DNA of 63,617 nucleotides, the filler included, from Chrysochromulina tobinii (taxonomy: Eukaryota), in NCBI GenBank assembly GCA_001275005.1. It is 9 parts of 9 records of this genome, joined end to end, with 100 filler letters (N's around TTAATTAATTAA, not from the genome) between each part and the next. Parts side by side here need not be neighbours in the genome. Positions count along the whole stretch, not along the records: positions 50,485 to 58,906 come from JWZX01000605.1; positions 59,007 to 61,276 come from JWZX01000608.1; positions 61,377 to 63,617 come from JWZX01000610.1; 6 more parts are not named here. One strand, 5' to 3'. A program made the translations under genes and the position numbers. The notes under the pieces were generated by a model. That model searched no databases. It was given only the letters and a program-made list of their open reading frames with translations, and was not told the DNA's origin. Below are positions 52,818-63,617 of this stretch, one piece after another. The number at the start of each line of letters is the position of its first letter. The first letter of the stretch is position 1.

Positions 52818-54158
52818 TCACGCGACATCAGCCCCGCGGAACGCATGCGACATGACAAAGGCCGCCTCGAGGCCCTGCGAGTAATTGAAGCGCGGATCGC
52901 ACAGCGTCTCGTAGTGGTTCCCCAGCATCTCCTCGAGCACATTGATGGAGCCGCCCGTGCACTCTGTGACGTGGGGCTGGCCGGTCATCTCGAGGTGCAT
53001 GCCCGCAAGCACGGAGCCGAGCTCGCGGTGGATTGCAAGCGCCTTCGTGCACTCGCCGAGCACGTCGTCAAACTTGCGCGTCTTGAGCTTGTTCGCGGCA
53101 GTGACCGTGTTGCCGTGCACGCCATCCACCTGCCAGACGACGGGCACGCCGCTCGCCTGGACGGCGCGGATGTGGGCGGGCAGCATCGCCTCGACCTTGT
53201 CGTTGCCGTAGCGCGTGATCAGCACCAGCCGCCCCTCGACCTTGTCTGGGTTGAGGATCTTGACGAGACGCTGAAGCTCGTCAGCCGCCATGCTAGGGCC
53301 GACCTTGCACCCGATTGGGTTCTTGATGCCGCGAAAGTACTCGACGTGCCCGCCGGTGAGCTGGCGCGTGCGGTCACCGATCCACACCATGTGCGCCGAC
53401 AGGTTGTAGAAGCCCTTGCCCGGCACCTCGCGTGTGAGTGCTTCCTCGAGGTCGAGCTGCATCGCCTCGTGCGCCGTGAACATCGGGCCGGCCACATTGG
53501 GCGGCGCCGACTGGATCTCGCTGACCGTCTTGGCGTACGAGGCGTACTTGGGGCTCGCCTTGTATGCCGCGGCGTCGAGGCCCGAGAGCATCTTGGGCGC
53601 GAACTCGGGGTCCATCTGCAGCCCGCGCATGAAGTTTTGGCACGCCGCCGAGTGCCAATAGCCCTCGAGCAGCCGCCTCGGGTCCCACGCGCGCTCCGTG
53701 GGCTCAAATCCGTTGATGTTTTCGCCCTTGAAGGACTTGATCTCGCCGAGGGTGGGATGCTTCTCGACGGGGCTCGAGCGCGGCTTGCCGTACTGGCCGG
53801 CGATGCGGCACACGCGCACCGGCGGCACGCCCGTTGCCGTCTCGAACACCGCTCCCATCTGCACGACGAGCTTGATCTGCGCCGTGGTGTAATCGGCGTT
53901 GCAGTCGACGAAGCGCTCGGCGCAGTCACCGCCCTGGATGATGAACTTGTCGCCGCGGGCGCACTGCGCGAGGAGCGAGGTCAAATTGTCAACCTCGTAC
54001 GCTGTCACGAGCGGCGGTAGCGAGGAGAGCTTGGCCATGGTAGTCTCGTAGAGGGCTTTGTCGTCGTAGGTGGCCATTTGCAGCGCCTCGTAGTTGCGCC
54101 AGGAACCCGGCGTCCACGTGCGCGCGCTCACGGAATCGACGACATCATCCACATCCAT
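52818..54158 (-). CDS. Class II DAHP synthase (phospho-2-dehydro-3-deoxyheptonate aldolase)
   Basis: WTPGSWR, QGGDCAE, RIAGQYGKPRS, SAHMVWIGDRTRQL, HGNT, HLEMTG..VTEC, TLCDPR. Confidence 0.95.
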   Translation of the reverse strand: MDVDDVVDSVSARTWTPGSWRNYEALQMATYDDKALYETTMAKLSSLPPLVTAYEVDNLTSLLAQCARGDKFIIQGGDCAERFVDCNADYTTAQIKLVVQMGAVFETATGVPPVRVCRIAGQYGKPRSSPVEKHPTLGEIKSFKGENINGFEPTERAWDPRRLLEGYWHSAACQNFMRGLQMDPEFAPKMLSGLDAAAYKASPKYASYAKTVSEIQSAPPNVAGPMFTAHEAMQLDLEEALTREVPGKGFYNLSAHMVWIGDRTRQLTGGHVEYFRGIKNPIGCKVGPSMAADELQRLVKILNPDKVEGRLVLITRYGNDKVEAMLPAHIRAVQASGVPVVWQVDGVHGNTVTAANKLKTRKFDDVLGECTKALAIHRELGSVLAGMHLEMTGQPHVTECTGGSINVLEEMLGNHYETLCDPRFNYSQGLEAAFVMSHAFRGADVA

Positions 54159-54811
54159 GGTCGCGTGATCGGGGCCTCGTCTCCACGGAGACCGCGCCCT
54201 ACGCGCAGATTTCTGTGAACGCACCGCACCGGATCCGGACGTCTCTGCTCTTTTTCGACCTCGCGCCCGGGCCTCGTGTCACGGCGACCACACGAGCGGT
54301 CCGCAGCTACTTTGACGACTAGGACACCTCCAGGTGGGCACATTTGCTGCACACCTTCGACAGCACTTTGAAATTTGCGCCAGATCTTTCGCCCAACATG
54401 CTACAAGATTTCGGTCCCCGCTGGCCTGGCAATCCTCGAAGGGCCAAACCTCGAGCTCTAGGCAGCGGCTGCGAAGAGGAAGGCCAAAAAAGTACGCAGA
54501 TGAGCGCCGAGAGCCGAGAGATGCGGAACGCGTGTATCTGGCCATGCACTCACACCGTGTCTATGGCGTGGGTGTCATCCTTGGTGTCCCCTTGGGTGTC
54601 ATGTTTATGCCCAGGACAGTACTTGCGGACGCTTATACGCAGACATTCAACGACCTGCTCGTCACGAAGCAAAATGGAACCATTTTGATATTTTCCCCAT
54701 TCCCCCCAATCCCCTCAATTACCGGTACAATCCAAAACTTGACAAAAAGAGCATCGACGACACGGCCCCTTGTGTGCCCCTAATGTACATGCATGTATAG
54801 GATCCACAGTA

Positions 54812-55489
54812 ATGCGCCGGTGGGACTCTCCATGGCCCACGTACGTCTCGCCTCGCACGCCGTCGCCCACCCACCGGCGCCGCCGCTTCCCAGCCGCCTT
54901 GTCGCCGCCGCCGCGCCACCTCTCCTTTGCCGCCGAGCCCTCGTTTCACATCATTCGCCGGCTGCCTCCTCCGCCGCCACCGCACACGCCTCCACCGCTG
55001 CACACGTGGCCGGATCCTCTCGCGCAAACATACTATCGCTCGAGCTCCTACCACACAGCAGAGCCGCCCTCCAACGATCCCGTCCCGCCCGACGATCCCG
55101 TCCCGCCCGATGTCCTCGCCGCCTTTGAGTACTTTGATCGCGACGCTTCTGGCTCCCTCAACTATCACGAGCTCGCCCATGCGCTGCGCTACTTCGGGGT
55201 CGAGACGACCATGGCGGGCGCGATCGACCTGCTGCATCAGTACGACCATCCAAATGGCAAAAATCTTGACCTTGCCGCGTTTGCCAAGCTCATCCACGAC
55301 CATACCGTCGGCTGGGAGTACGCGCAACAGGAGACGCAGCAGGAGACGCAGCCGCAGCAGCGTGTGTACCTGGCGCGTGAGCCGTCGCCAAAACCGTCGC
55401 CTGAACACCGCCGCCGGTGGCTCTACCTTCCGCCGGTGGAGTCCCTGTGGTCTGAGACGCCCCCGCTGCCGCCGCAACTGCAACTGCAA

Positions 55490-55550
<61 letters not shown>

Positions 55551-55989
55551 ACACACCAGTCGCGCTGCCGCCATACTCTGGCGCCGTGCCGGCGCACCAC
55601 TATATGCCGCCGTCAGCGTACGCGCCGCCGCCGTACTACTCGCCGCGGCCGGCCCTGCTGTACAACCACGCGCGGCCATACGTGAATGTGCATGCCGCAC
55701 GTGCCGGCCCGCTCGGCAAGCCCGACCACTCTCTCACCCTCGGCGAGGTCTTCGAGATGCACGATCTCGAACGGCGAGGTCTGCTGAGTGCGACGAGCTT
55801 GCATGCCGCGCTGAGCTTCCTCGGCGCGGTCCGCCTGACACTCTTCGACACGATCGATCTCGTTGCCGCATACGGTTCGCCCGCCACAGCGCCCGGGCTG
55901 GACGCCGGGCATGACGCCGCGTGCACCTTTCTGAGTTCGCGTCGCTTGTGCGCACCCTGCGCGTGCGCGGCGACCTGCCGCCGCTCTGA
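54812..55989 (+). CDS. Pro-rich EF-hand protein (1-nt frameshift near 55915)
   Basis: FEYFDRDASGSLNYHEL, YDHPNGKNLDLAAF, FEMHDLERRGLL. The last EF-hand D(G)RVHLSEFASLV needs one extra G. Confidence 0.7.
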
Positions 55990-56739
55990 GGATATGCTGC
56001 CGCATCTCTCGGTGCGAGCCCGCTATGGCGCATATGCCTCTGGCTGAAGAGCCAATGCGGTAGAGCCTAGACCGGGCCGTGCGCGGTGCAACGCGCGCGT
56101 TGTCGTGTGCCGCGATGTCGTGTTCACGGCTGCACGCGCGCGGTGTTTTTTGTTTAGCGCCCGGTCATCCGGCCCTTCCACGGATAAGTCTTCGCGGATA
56201 TACGGATATCGTCCCGTTTCCTATACGTCACAGCCGTCGTTCAAGTTTCCCTCGGTAATTTTACGAGCCGCGCGCGTCGTCTCATAGCAATTCGCCCTGC
56301 GCTAAGGATGATTGTGCAACTGACTCTGCCGCAGCTGCTTGCGGCACTGCAAGTGCCACACTAGGAGTAGGGAAGTGCAACAGAGGTGGTGTCCTCCTCA
56401 GCCTGATCATCGTCGTCGTCATCATCACACTCAGTCGCTAGCATCTCGGCATCGCCTGCTCGTGACTGCTGCCGCACAACTTCAGCACGATGCAGCAGCG
56501 CCTGCTCTCGCATCAGCAGCACCTCGCCCACGGTGGGCTTTCTCACTGCTGCGGCCTCGCGTCGCCGGGCGCGCTCATTAGCCTGCTCATGGAGGCTCAT
56601 TATATTGGGTACGCAGCCGCAAGCGCAGTTCGCCACGTGTGCTATCGAGCGTTGGAGTGCTCCGGCGCGCTGCGTGCCCAGGAGGGTCTCCAAGCTGAAC
56701 CCACGAAGCATAAAAAATGAACACGGGTGTGAACTAGAA

Positions 56740-56790
56740 CAAGTCAAGTCAAGTCAAGGTTGTCTGTTGTTTATGTATAGACTTGACTTG
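56740..56790. mobile_element. 51-bp miniature inverted-repeat element with 8-bp TSD
   Basis: AACTAGAA|CAAGTCAAGTC...GACTTGACTTG|AACTAGAA: perfect 11-bp TIR and perfect 8-bp flanking direct repeat. Confidence 0.75.
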
Positions 56791-57299
56791 AACTAGAACA
56801 CGACGCACGAGACAAGGGGTGCTCCGGCACTGTTACTGCCCGCTCAGAATACACACACCTTACATGACCCCATGCGAGACACGGAGCGTGCGCGCGCGCG
56901 CGCGGCGTCGATAAAACTCCAGGATAAACATACTGGTGTGATTCAGTGAATAATGGACGTATGGTACCGACAAGCACTGGGGTGTTACCGGTACCAATCA
57001 CACAGGCGAAAGCCAAAAATTCTCACGCTCATTAAAGACCGGAGAAGGGCCTGTCGCTTGCTGGCACCAATTGGCTGGTCGACTTGTGTCGGCTCAATGT
57101 GTGGTGCTCGTGTGGAGCGCTGGAGATTCATTCTTCGAACAGATGCAGGAGGCCGCGCCTACAACTCTCTACATCTATGAGCCCATTCCTCGGGTACGCC
57201 CACGGGCCGGCCCGAGACGCCGAGAGCGTGGAGCCCGCGACCTAGGTAAAACCCCACCCTTCAATCATGCCTTCAATTGTGGTCCCCACGCACCTATAT

Positions 57300-58484
57300 T
57301 TACATCTTGAGCCCATTGAAGATGCCCGTCTTGGCGTTGCCATCCTTGTCGGACTCTACAATCTCAACCACTTGGTTGCTTGCCTTCGGGTCGAAGAGCG
57401 CTGCGACCGACACGTCGGCGACGAGGTCGCGGGAGATCTCGCCGCTGTTGAGCGTGTTCTCGCCCGAGACGAAGAGCGCGCCGGTAGGCGGGTCCGCCTT
57501 GAGACCACCGGGCCTCACGATCGTCCAGTCGAGCCCGGAGGCGCGCAGGTACTTCTCGGCCACCAGCTTCTCCTCGAGCACGTGTCCGAAGGCGTTTGTC
57601 TGACGTGGCGGCGTGAGAATCGATGGTCGGGCGTGAGTCCAAAACGCCGTGGGGCGGTTCGGGGCCTGCGAGGCACGCCATAGCGGGTGTCTTACAATCT
57701 GATAGCCCGGCGAGTTGAGCTGCCCCCACGCGCCACCATCGGTGAGGATGCTGCTCACGAGAACCACTTTGCGCACGCCAGCGGCCTTTGCCGCGTCGAT
57801 TAGCGCGCACGTGCCGACGTTGTCGACGGCGTGCTGGGCAGGAACGGGACTCGTTGTACAGCGAGTGTCAGATGCGCGGCGGAGACATGGCGAGCAAGCG
57901 AAAGCGCGCGCGCGCAGCAGACGACCCAACGTGTTCGGTGCCCCGTGTTCTCAAACCGCCGCAGCATCCATCTTGAAGGGGTTGCCAGGGACGAAGCCAA
58001 CGGCGATGATGAGGCTGTCAGCACCCTTGAGCGTCGCGCTCATGTCGGCCACGCTTGATTTCTCGACGTCGAGTGCCTTGAGCTCGATGCTGCTCGCATC
58101 GATGCTCGCACCCTTCTCGATCATCGCCCCGCGGATTTCAATCTTGCTCTCGGCCAGCTTCTGGGCGGCCTTGGTCGGATCGCGAACGCCACCGATTGCC
58201 TTCACACCCTTCATCGCACCGAGGCGAGACAGGCACCGCCGCCCCGTCTGGCCGGTCGCGCCGGCGACGACCACCGTCTTCAATGCTTCGTCGGCTGCAA
58301 TGGCTGGCCGGTCATAGCCGAGAGCTGTCGCGATCGCCGCGGTGCCGAGAGCGAGGTCGCGGCGGGTGAAAGAGGTCGCTGAGGCCACCGGGCCAGAGAC
58401 ACGGCGCGTGACCTTGTATGGCACCGGCGAGCATGAGAGCGCGTGGGCGACGAGCGTGACAATCGCAAACGCGGCCGATGACAT
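57300..58484 (-). CDS. Plastid-targeted NAD(P)-binding atypical SDR (At2g34460/TIC62-like); introns 57600-57695 and 57834-57956
   Basis: VVVAGATGQTG, spliced MDAAA|HAVDNVGT, GYQI|TNAFGHVLEEKLVAEKYLRASGLDWTIVRPGGL; signal+transit N-terminus. Confidence 0.88.
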
Positions 58485-59006
58485 GGCCCACGAACGAGGA
58501 GCCTTCGCCGACGATGTGATCTCCGCTCGTCGGATGTCAGGCTACAGAAACTACTTGTACTTCACTACTTCACACGTGAATTGACCTGAGGCTCGAGAAC
58601 TGCAATCTGTTCAAGATTCATGCGGCCTCGTTTTTCTGACAGTCGCCGCAGCAGGGATATACATGTTACATGAATGCCTAAATTGTACATAATTTGTAGA
58701 TCAAGATACGTATGAATATTCGAAAACAACCCCATTGGATACTTGAAGTAAGTAACCCTTCGAGCTCTCATGCACTCACTGACAACGAGGACTCTCTGAC
58801 AACGAGGACGAACAAGAATTCCGTTTGCGTTACTTTTTCAAGTCCGCAGACGCTCGGGGATCAGAAAAAGGCAAGAAGAAGCCCTGCATCGGATCTTCGG
58901 CTGTCTNNNNNNNNNNNNNNNNNNNNNNNNNNNNNNNNNNNNNNNNNNNNTTAATTAATTAANNNNNNNNNNNNNNNNNNNNNNNNNNNNNNNNNNNNNN
59001 NNNNNN

Positions 59007-59090
59007 GATACACTCAGGATACACTCAGGATACATCAGGATACGTATCTGATAGGAAACTGTACCCAAACACGATAGGAAACTGACCCGC
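59007..59090 (+). repeat. GATAC(A/G)-type and GATAGGAAACTG short repeats, probable transposon subterminal region
   Basis: GATACACTCAG x2, GATACATCAG, GATACGTATC and two GATAGGAAACTG at the contig edge. Confidence 0.4.
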
Positions 59091-60311
59091 ACCGCCCCCG
59101 GTGGGGAAGGGTGGTGACGTAGATGATATGTCATGCGGCCGGGTAGGAGGTATGCTGGTTGGCGAGGCGAAAGCGGTGGAGTCGATGGCGTTTGCGGCGA
59201 GGTCGACAGGGGTGGTGATGGGGGCGACGGGTGAGGTGGTGGCGGTGACAGAAAGTTGAAGGTTGCGAGCCTGATTATACTCTAGGCGAGTCTCTGTGGA
59301 TTGGCAGGGCGGAGTTTGGAGTTAGAGGGTACGGCTTGGTTGATTGCTTTGTTTTGCTTTGTTGGAGTATTGGAGGCGAGGATAGCAAGGTAGCAGCAGC
59401 GAGGCAGCAGCAGTGTGGCGTCATCAGCGTACACGCAGCACGCAGTGGTGGTGCAAAGTAGTGCGGTAGTGGCAGAGTGGCAGCAACGGTGTGGCAGCAG
59501 CAGCGGCAAGCAGTAGCGTGGTCCATGAGCGTGGCAGCAGCAGCGCATCGCGTCGTGTTGTCGTGCGTTAGGGCTGCGCGGCAGGGTGCAGATCATGAGA
59601 GGCTTCAGGCATGGGAGTGCGTGAGCCTTCATCGGTCTGCCCTGGCATGATGTTTTCTCTTTTTGGAAAGCGCGCGCGCGCGATCCTCATGGATAGTGTC
59701 TGTTTGAGGCGCGTTTTGGAGGGCGAGGGCAGGGCATGGGGATCGTGTGCGGGTGCCCATCGCGGTGTGCTGAGCTTCGGTCATTTTTTCGGGCGCGAGG
59801 GCCACTTGGACGAGAGTCTCTGGTCTCGTGATCCCCATCTTTTAGAAAAAAGAGGGGATCTATTCGACTCGTGTAGATAGTCTTATTCCGGATCCTAACC
59901 CGGACGGGAGCGCACCGAGTGAGAGAGGTGAGGCACTCCAGGCGAGAGGAGAGAAGCATTTGGGGGCACTGCCGGAGCCGCTGCGCCATCAGGCGCGGCT
60001 CCACTTGCAGCCAATACGATCATATTGGGTCTGGATTAAGCATTGGTGGGCCGTCGCGCTTGCGCGAGCCAGTGTTGTGTCGCATGTTGTCAAGTCTCCC
60101 TGTGCACGAGAAAGCGGCACGGCTGGCAAGCCGCACCACTTGACGACACATCGACACGAACAACCCGGGGAACCACTCGCCCGTGAAAGGGGAGATCACG
60201 GGCCCGAGATCGACCGGGTAGGTCAATCCCTAGTGGACCCGCGAGGCGTTACAACACCCCCTCCTATTTATTATTATTATTACTGAGTATTTACTAAGGA
60301 CTGCTCTGCTG

Positions 60312-60390
60312 TGGGGACTTAGGACTGACAGGGGACTTAGGACTGCTCGGATGTGGGGACTTAGGACTAGGGGGACTTAGGACTGCTCGG
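60312..60390 (+). repeat. GGGGACTTAGGACT tandem repeat x4
   Basis: Four copies with short variable spacers. Confidence 0.8.
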
Positions 60391-60529
60391 CTGGACCGCT
60401 CAGCAGCCGAGCAGCACGGCACCAGCCACCACGCACACCGCACATCACGACCGTGCGACAGCTGGCACTGATGACCAGACTATTTTCCAATGAGGCCGGC
60501 GGTCGCCGCGCCCACCACGGCGCTGCGGA

Positions 60530-61276
60530 CTATGCCGGCGGTTGGCGCGTCCGGAGGAGCTCAGCGGTCTGCTTCCACAGCCAGTCGCCCACGACGGCAT
60601 CCTGTGCGTGGCTGCCCGCCGCTCGCACCTCTTTCATGTGATAGTGCACGTCGGCCGTCTTGCCGGCGAGGAGGCGCTCGACGAGGGGCAATGCGGCGTC
60701 AGAGGGCGAAGGGAACGTGAGCCATATGCCGAAGAGCGTCAAATCACCGAGAGGCCAGGGTGCATCTCGCGCAATCTGCGACGCGACCGGGCCCGGGCAG
60801 ACGTCTTTGATCGTGCATGGGACGCGCCGCGCGAGCTCGTGTGAAAAGGTGGTGAGCAGCAGCTTCGAGAACGCGTACCGTTCCATCGCGTTGAAGACGG
60901 AGGCATCGACCGGCAGAGCGCCGAGATGAGCGTCGAGGCGTCGCTCCCCCTGGTGCGTGCTGGGCAGCGGCGCATCCAGGACGGACGCGAAGGAGGCTAG
61001 GCGGTGCTCCTCCGACGTCACGTTCACGATCGTCGCGTCAGGCTTGAGCAGGCCTCGCCTGTGGAGCTCAAGCGTGAGGTGGGCGGTGCCGAGGTAGTTG
61101 ATGCCGAAGGCGGGCTCGAAGCCCTCGGCCGTAACGCCGCCCGAGATGGGCACCATGCCCGCGTTGTTGATCAGACCATCTAGCAGCACGCCCTGCGAGG
61201 CAAGCTCATCGACGAACCGATCAATCGAAGCCAGCGAGCCCATCTCCAGACCGCACGAAGGGCTCCGCACATCGAT
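60530..61276 (-). CDS. Short-chain dehydrogenase/reductase (retinol-DH/WWOX-like), 5' truncated
   Basis: LDGLINNAG, EGFE..FGINYLG, IVNVTS, YAFSK catalytic motif. Confidence 0.85.
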   Translation of the reverse strand: MDVRSPSCGLEMGSLASIDRFVDELASQGVLLDGLINNAGMVPISGGVTAEGFEPAFGINYLGTAHLTLELHRRGLLKPDATIVNVTSEEHRLASFASVLDAPLPSTHQGERRLDAHLGALPVDASVFNAMERYAFSKLLLTTFSHELARRVPCTIKDVCPGPVASQIARDAPWPLGDLTLFGIWLTFPSPSDAALPLVERLLAGKTADVHYHMKEVRAAGSHAQDAVVGDWLWKQTAELLRTRQPPA

Positions 61277-61376
61277 NNNNNNNNNNNNNNNNNNNNNNNN
61301 NNNNNNNNNNNNNNNNNNNNTTAATTAATTAANNNNNNNNNNNNNNNNNNNNNNNNNNNNNNNNNNNNNNNNNNNN

Positions 61377-63617
61377 GCAGGATGAGGCCGCCCCACTTGC
61401 CGCGCTCGCCGAGCGTGATGGCGTTCTCATTCGAGTCCGTGGAGGCGGTGGCCGAGCTCTTGAGCGCCGACTCCGCAAGCACGGACGTGAACGTGATCGG
61501 CATCATCGCGCTGCCCGTCGCCATGAGCATGCCGCCCTTCAAGACCACGAGCGCTGGGGCGGCGACGCCGGTGGGCACGGGCAGCGCAAAGATGGTGGTG
61601 CCAGCGGGGATCGTGAGGGTCGCCGACACGATGACCTGAGAGGCGAGAATGTACGAGGTGCTTGCGGCGAGGGCCGTGCTGGAAGCGTACGCACTCGACA
61701 GCAAGGCGATATTTGACAGCATCGTCGCGAACGGCGAGGGCGGAATGGCGGTGCACGTGCGGCCGGCCATCTTGCCGCTGCACGCGAGCCACGAGTAGCC
61801 GGCGAGCCAGTTGTCCGTCGAGGAGCCGAACGCGCCCTTGCAGCTCACCGCCGAGAAGAAGGCGTCGCCGTTGGGGGGATCGTCCTTGGTGCCCGAGCAC
61901 GCCGCGCCGGTGGCGGACGGCAGAGGGTTGAAGGTGGCGGAGCCCTCTGCGAGGTCAGTGGTGGCGTTGACCGCAACGAAGCCGGGGGCACCCATCACCG
62001 CCGTCCATGTGTTCGCGGGATTGCAGGCGGTGGTGGTGCCGGTGTGCAGAGCGAACTGCGCCTCAGTCGTCAACGTGTCGATGATGTTGTTGGCCGAGAA
62101 GTAAAAGTAGCCGGGGTTCGAAATGCTGACCGAGGCCGCCGGCAGCGTCTGCGTGTAGCTCAGCGTCGAGCCGCAGTCCTCGAAGAGGAGGCCGTTCAAG
62201 TGCGGGTACGCGAGGATGCCGTTGCCGAACTTGCCACCCGTGCCGTCGTTGATGTGGATCAGCTCGCCCGTGCGCGCGCCAGTGCCGGTGCCTCCGCCGA
62301 TCAAGGTGAACGAGTAGAAGGCCGGGTGCGAGCGCGGGGTCGCGTCCTGATCTGCGCCGACGCCCGAGTCCATCTCCATCGCGTGGTCGCCACTCAGGCC
62401 CTCCATGACGAACAGGAACTGGCCCTTGCCAATGTAGCCCTGGTCCGTGTCGAAGGCGTCGTCCGCCACGAAGAGCACCGACAGGTACTTGACGTTCACC
62501 GTGCCGCCGAAGAACTCGAAGCCGTCGTCAAGGTTGAAGGCCACCTCGCAGTGGTCAACGATGGTGCGGGAGCCGACGCCGCCGAAGGTGATGCCGTTGA
62601 TCTCGTTATCGTTGCCCACGACCGCGCCGCCGTGCCACACGCGCACGTACTGCAGGGAGCCCGACGAGTCGGTCGGGTTGGTGCCGCCGTACGTGCGGCC
62701 GGTGATGCCCTCGATTTCGGTGGTGGTCGGCATGTTGGTCGGCGCGTTGCCGAGCAGGATGAGGCCGCCCCACTTGCCTTTTGTCTCGAGCACGGTGAGC
62801 GCGCCTGGGTTAGAAGCGTCCGTCACCACCGACGACGACGACGACACGGTGGGGTTGAAGGCAGTGAAGGTGATCGGCGAAATAGAAGTGCCCTCGGCAA
62901 GCAAAAAGCCGCCCTTCTCGATAATCAGGGCTGGCGCACCGCCGCCACCGGAAGCCACCGGCGAGGCGTAAATGGTCACGCCCGCCTGGATGCCCAGAGA
63001 GAGGCCCGACGGAACGAACATCTGGCAGGTGAGCACGTAGAGCGCTCCACTGTAGAGCATCCTGTCTGCCGACAGGGTGCCGCAAAGAGCAACGGAGTCG
63101 TCACGGTCAGCCACCGCGGGGCACGTGAACGTCGAGCTGACAAAGCCCGGGCGGTTGGGCAGGTTGAAGAACGACCAGCCATCGAGCCAGTTGACGCTGC
63201 CGAACGCGCCCTTGTACGTGGTCGGGTCGAAAAAGGCGTCGCCGTTGGGCACCGGGTCGACGTTCGAGTACGCGGCCGAGCCGCACGCGGGGCGCGGGTC
63301 GATCGGAACCATGCTGGTCTCGGTGAACGTGCCTCCAAAGATGAGCGGATCCGTGTTGACGAAGGCCGGCGCCGTGCCAGTGCATGGCGACGAAATCTGA
63401 AAGCCGGCGGTGGGGCTCTGGATGATGTTGTTCGACGAGAAGAACAGGTACGTGTTCAGCGACGCCGACGACGCTGGCAGCACCGACACAATGGACGGCG
63501 CCTCGCCGCCGCCGCTGCTGATACCGACACCGATGTTGCTGCAGGTGTCGATGCGGATGCCAGGGTGCGTCGCGACGTTGGCGAGGATCAGGTTGCCAAA
63601 CTTGCCGCCCGTGCCCT
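61377..63617 (-). CDS. Large protein of tandem bacterial-type lipoprotein/beta-helix domains; truncated both ends
   Basis: GKWGGLILLGNA, YGG..P.DSSGSLQYVRV.HGG, NEINGITFGGVGS, DDGFEFFGG, DDAFDTDQGY. The unit recurs at least three times (one complete, two partial). Confidence 0.8.

Noticed and set aside
56361..56600. Short acidic-tailed minus-strand ORF as a transposase remnant
   Set aside because: No catalytic or family motif is recognisable; too little evidence to call.
60312..60390. GGGGACTTAGGACT repeats as telomeric or CRISPR repeats
   Set aside because: Only four short copies with 2-9 nt spacers, internal to a contig, and not a TTAGGG array.

Overview
This is a high-GC eukaryotic window: nine unrelated contigs joined by artificial 100-nt N-TTAATTAATTAA-N spacers. 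GT-AG introns, signal-plus-transit N-termini on plastid-type proteins and SPPP-rich proteins suggest a haptophyte-like alga (inference). It holds about 28 genes or fragments. These include an ABC1 kinase, a BTB protein, U-box+ankyrin and U-box+Sel1 proteins, a ubiquitin variant, PrxQ, SEC14, an EH/PH protein, an APC permease, SET, JmjC, GT8, GT4, a Cj0069-like ATP-grasp protein, a TTL-like protein, class II DAHP synthase and SDRs. There is also a chromodomain-bearing DDE-type transposase, a 51-bp MITE and several gene-fragment mosaics. The most striking signal is a set of seven short spliceosomal introns in four genes on three contigs. Each carries one of two shared cores with a branch-point-like motif (CATGCAAGTGCTCACCACGGCGC or GATTGC/GCTGAT repeats). 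Five also contain an imperfect 18-30 nt copy of the adjacent exon that supplies the GT or AG, and one contains a 12-nt copy. All seven sit at G|GT sites, and one is a compound of two units from different families. This looks like an intron-generating (Introner-like) process with long target-site duplications. Single-base frameshifts in several genes are most likely homopolymer assembly errors. No database searches were run; all family calls are from motif recognition.
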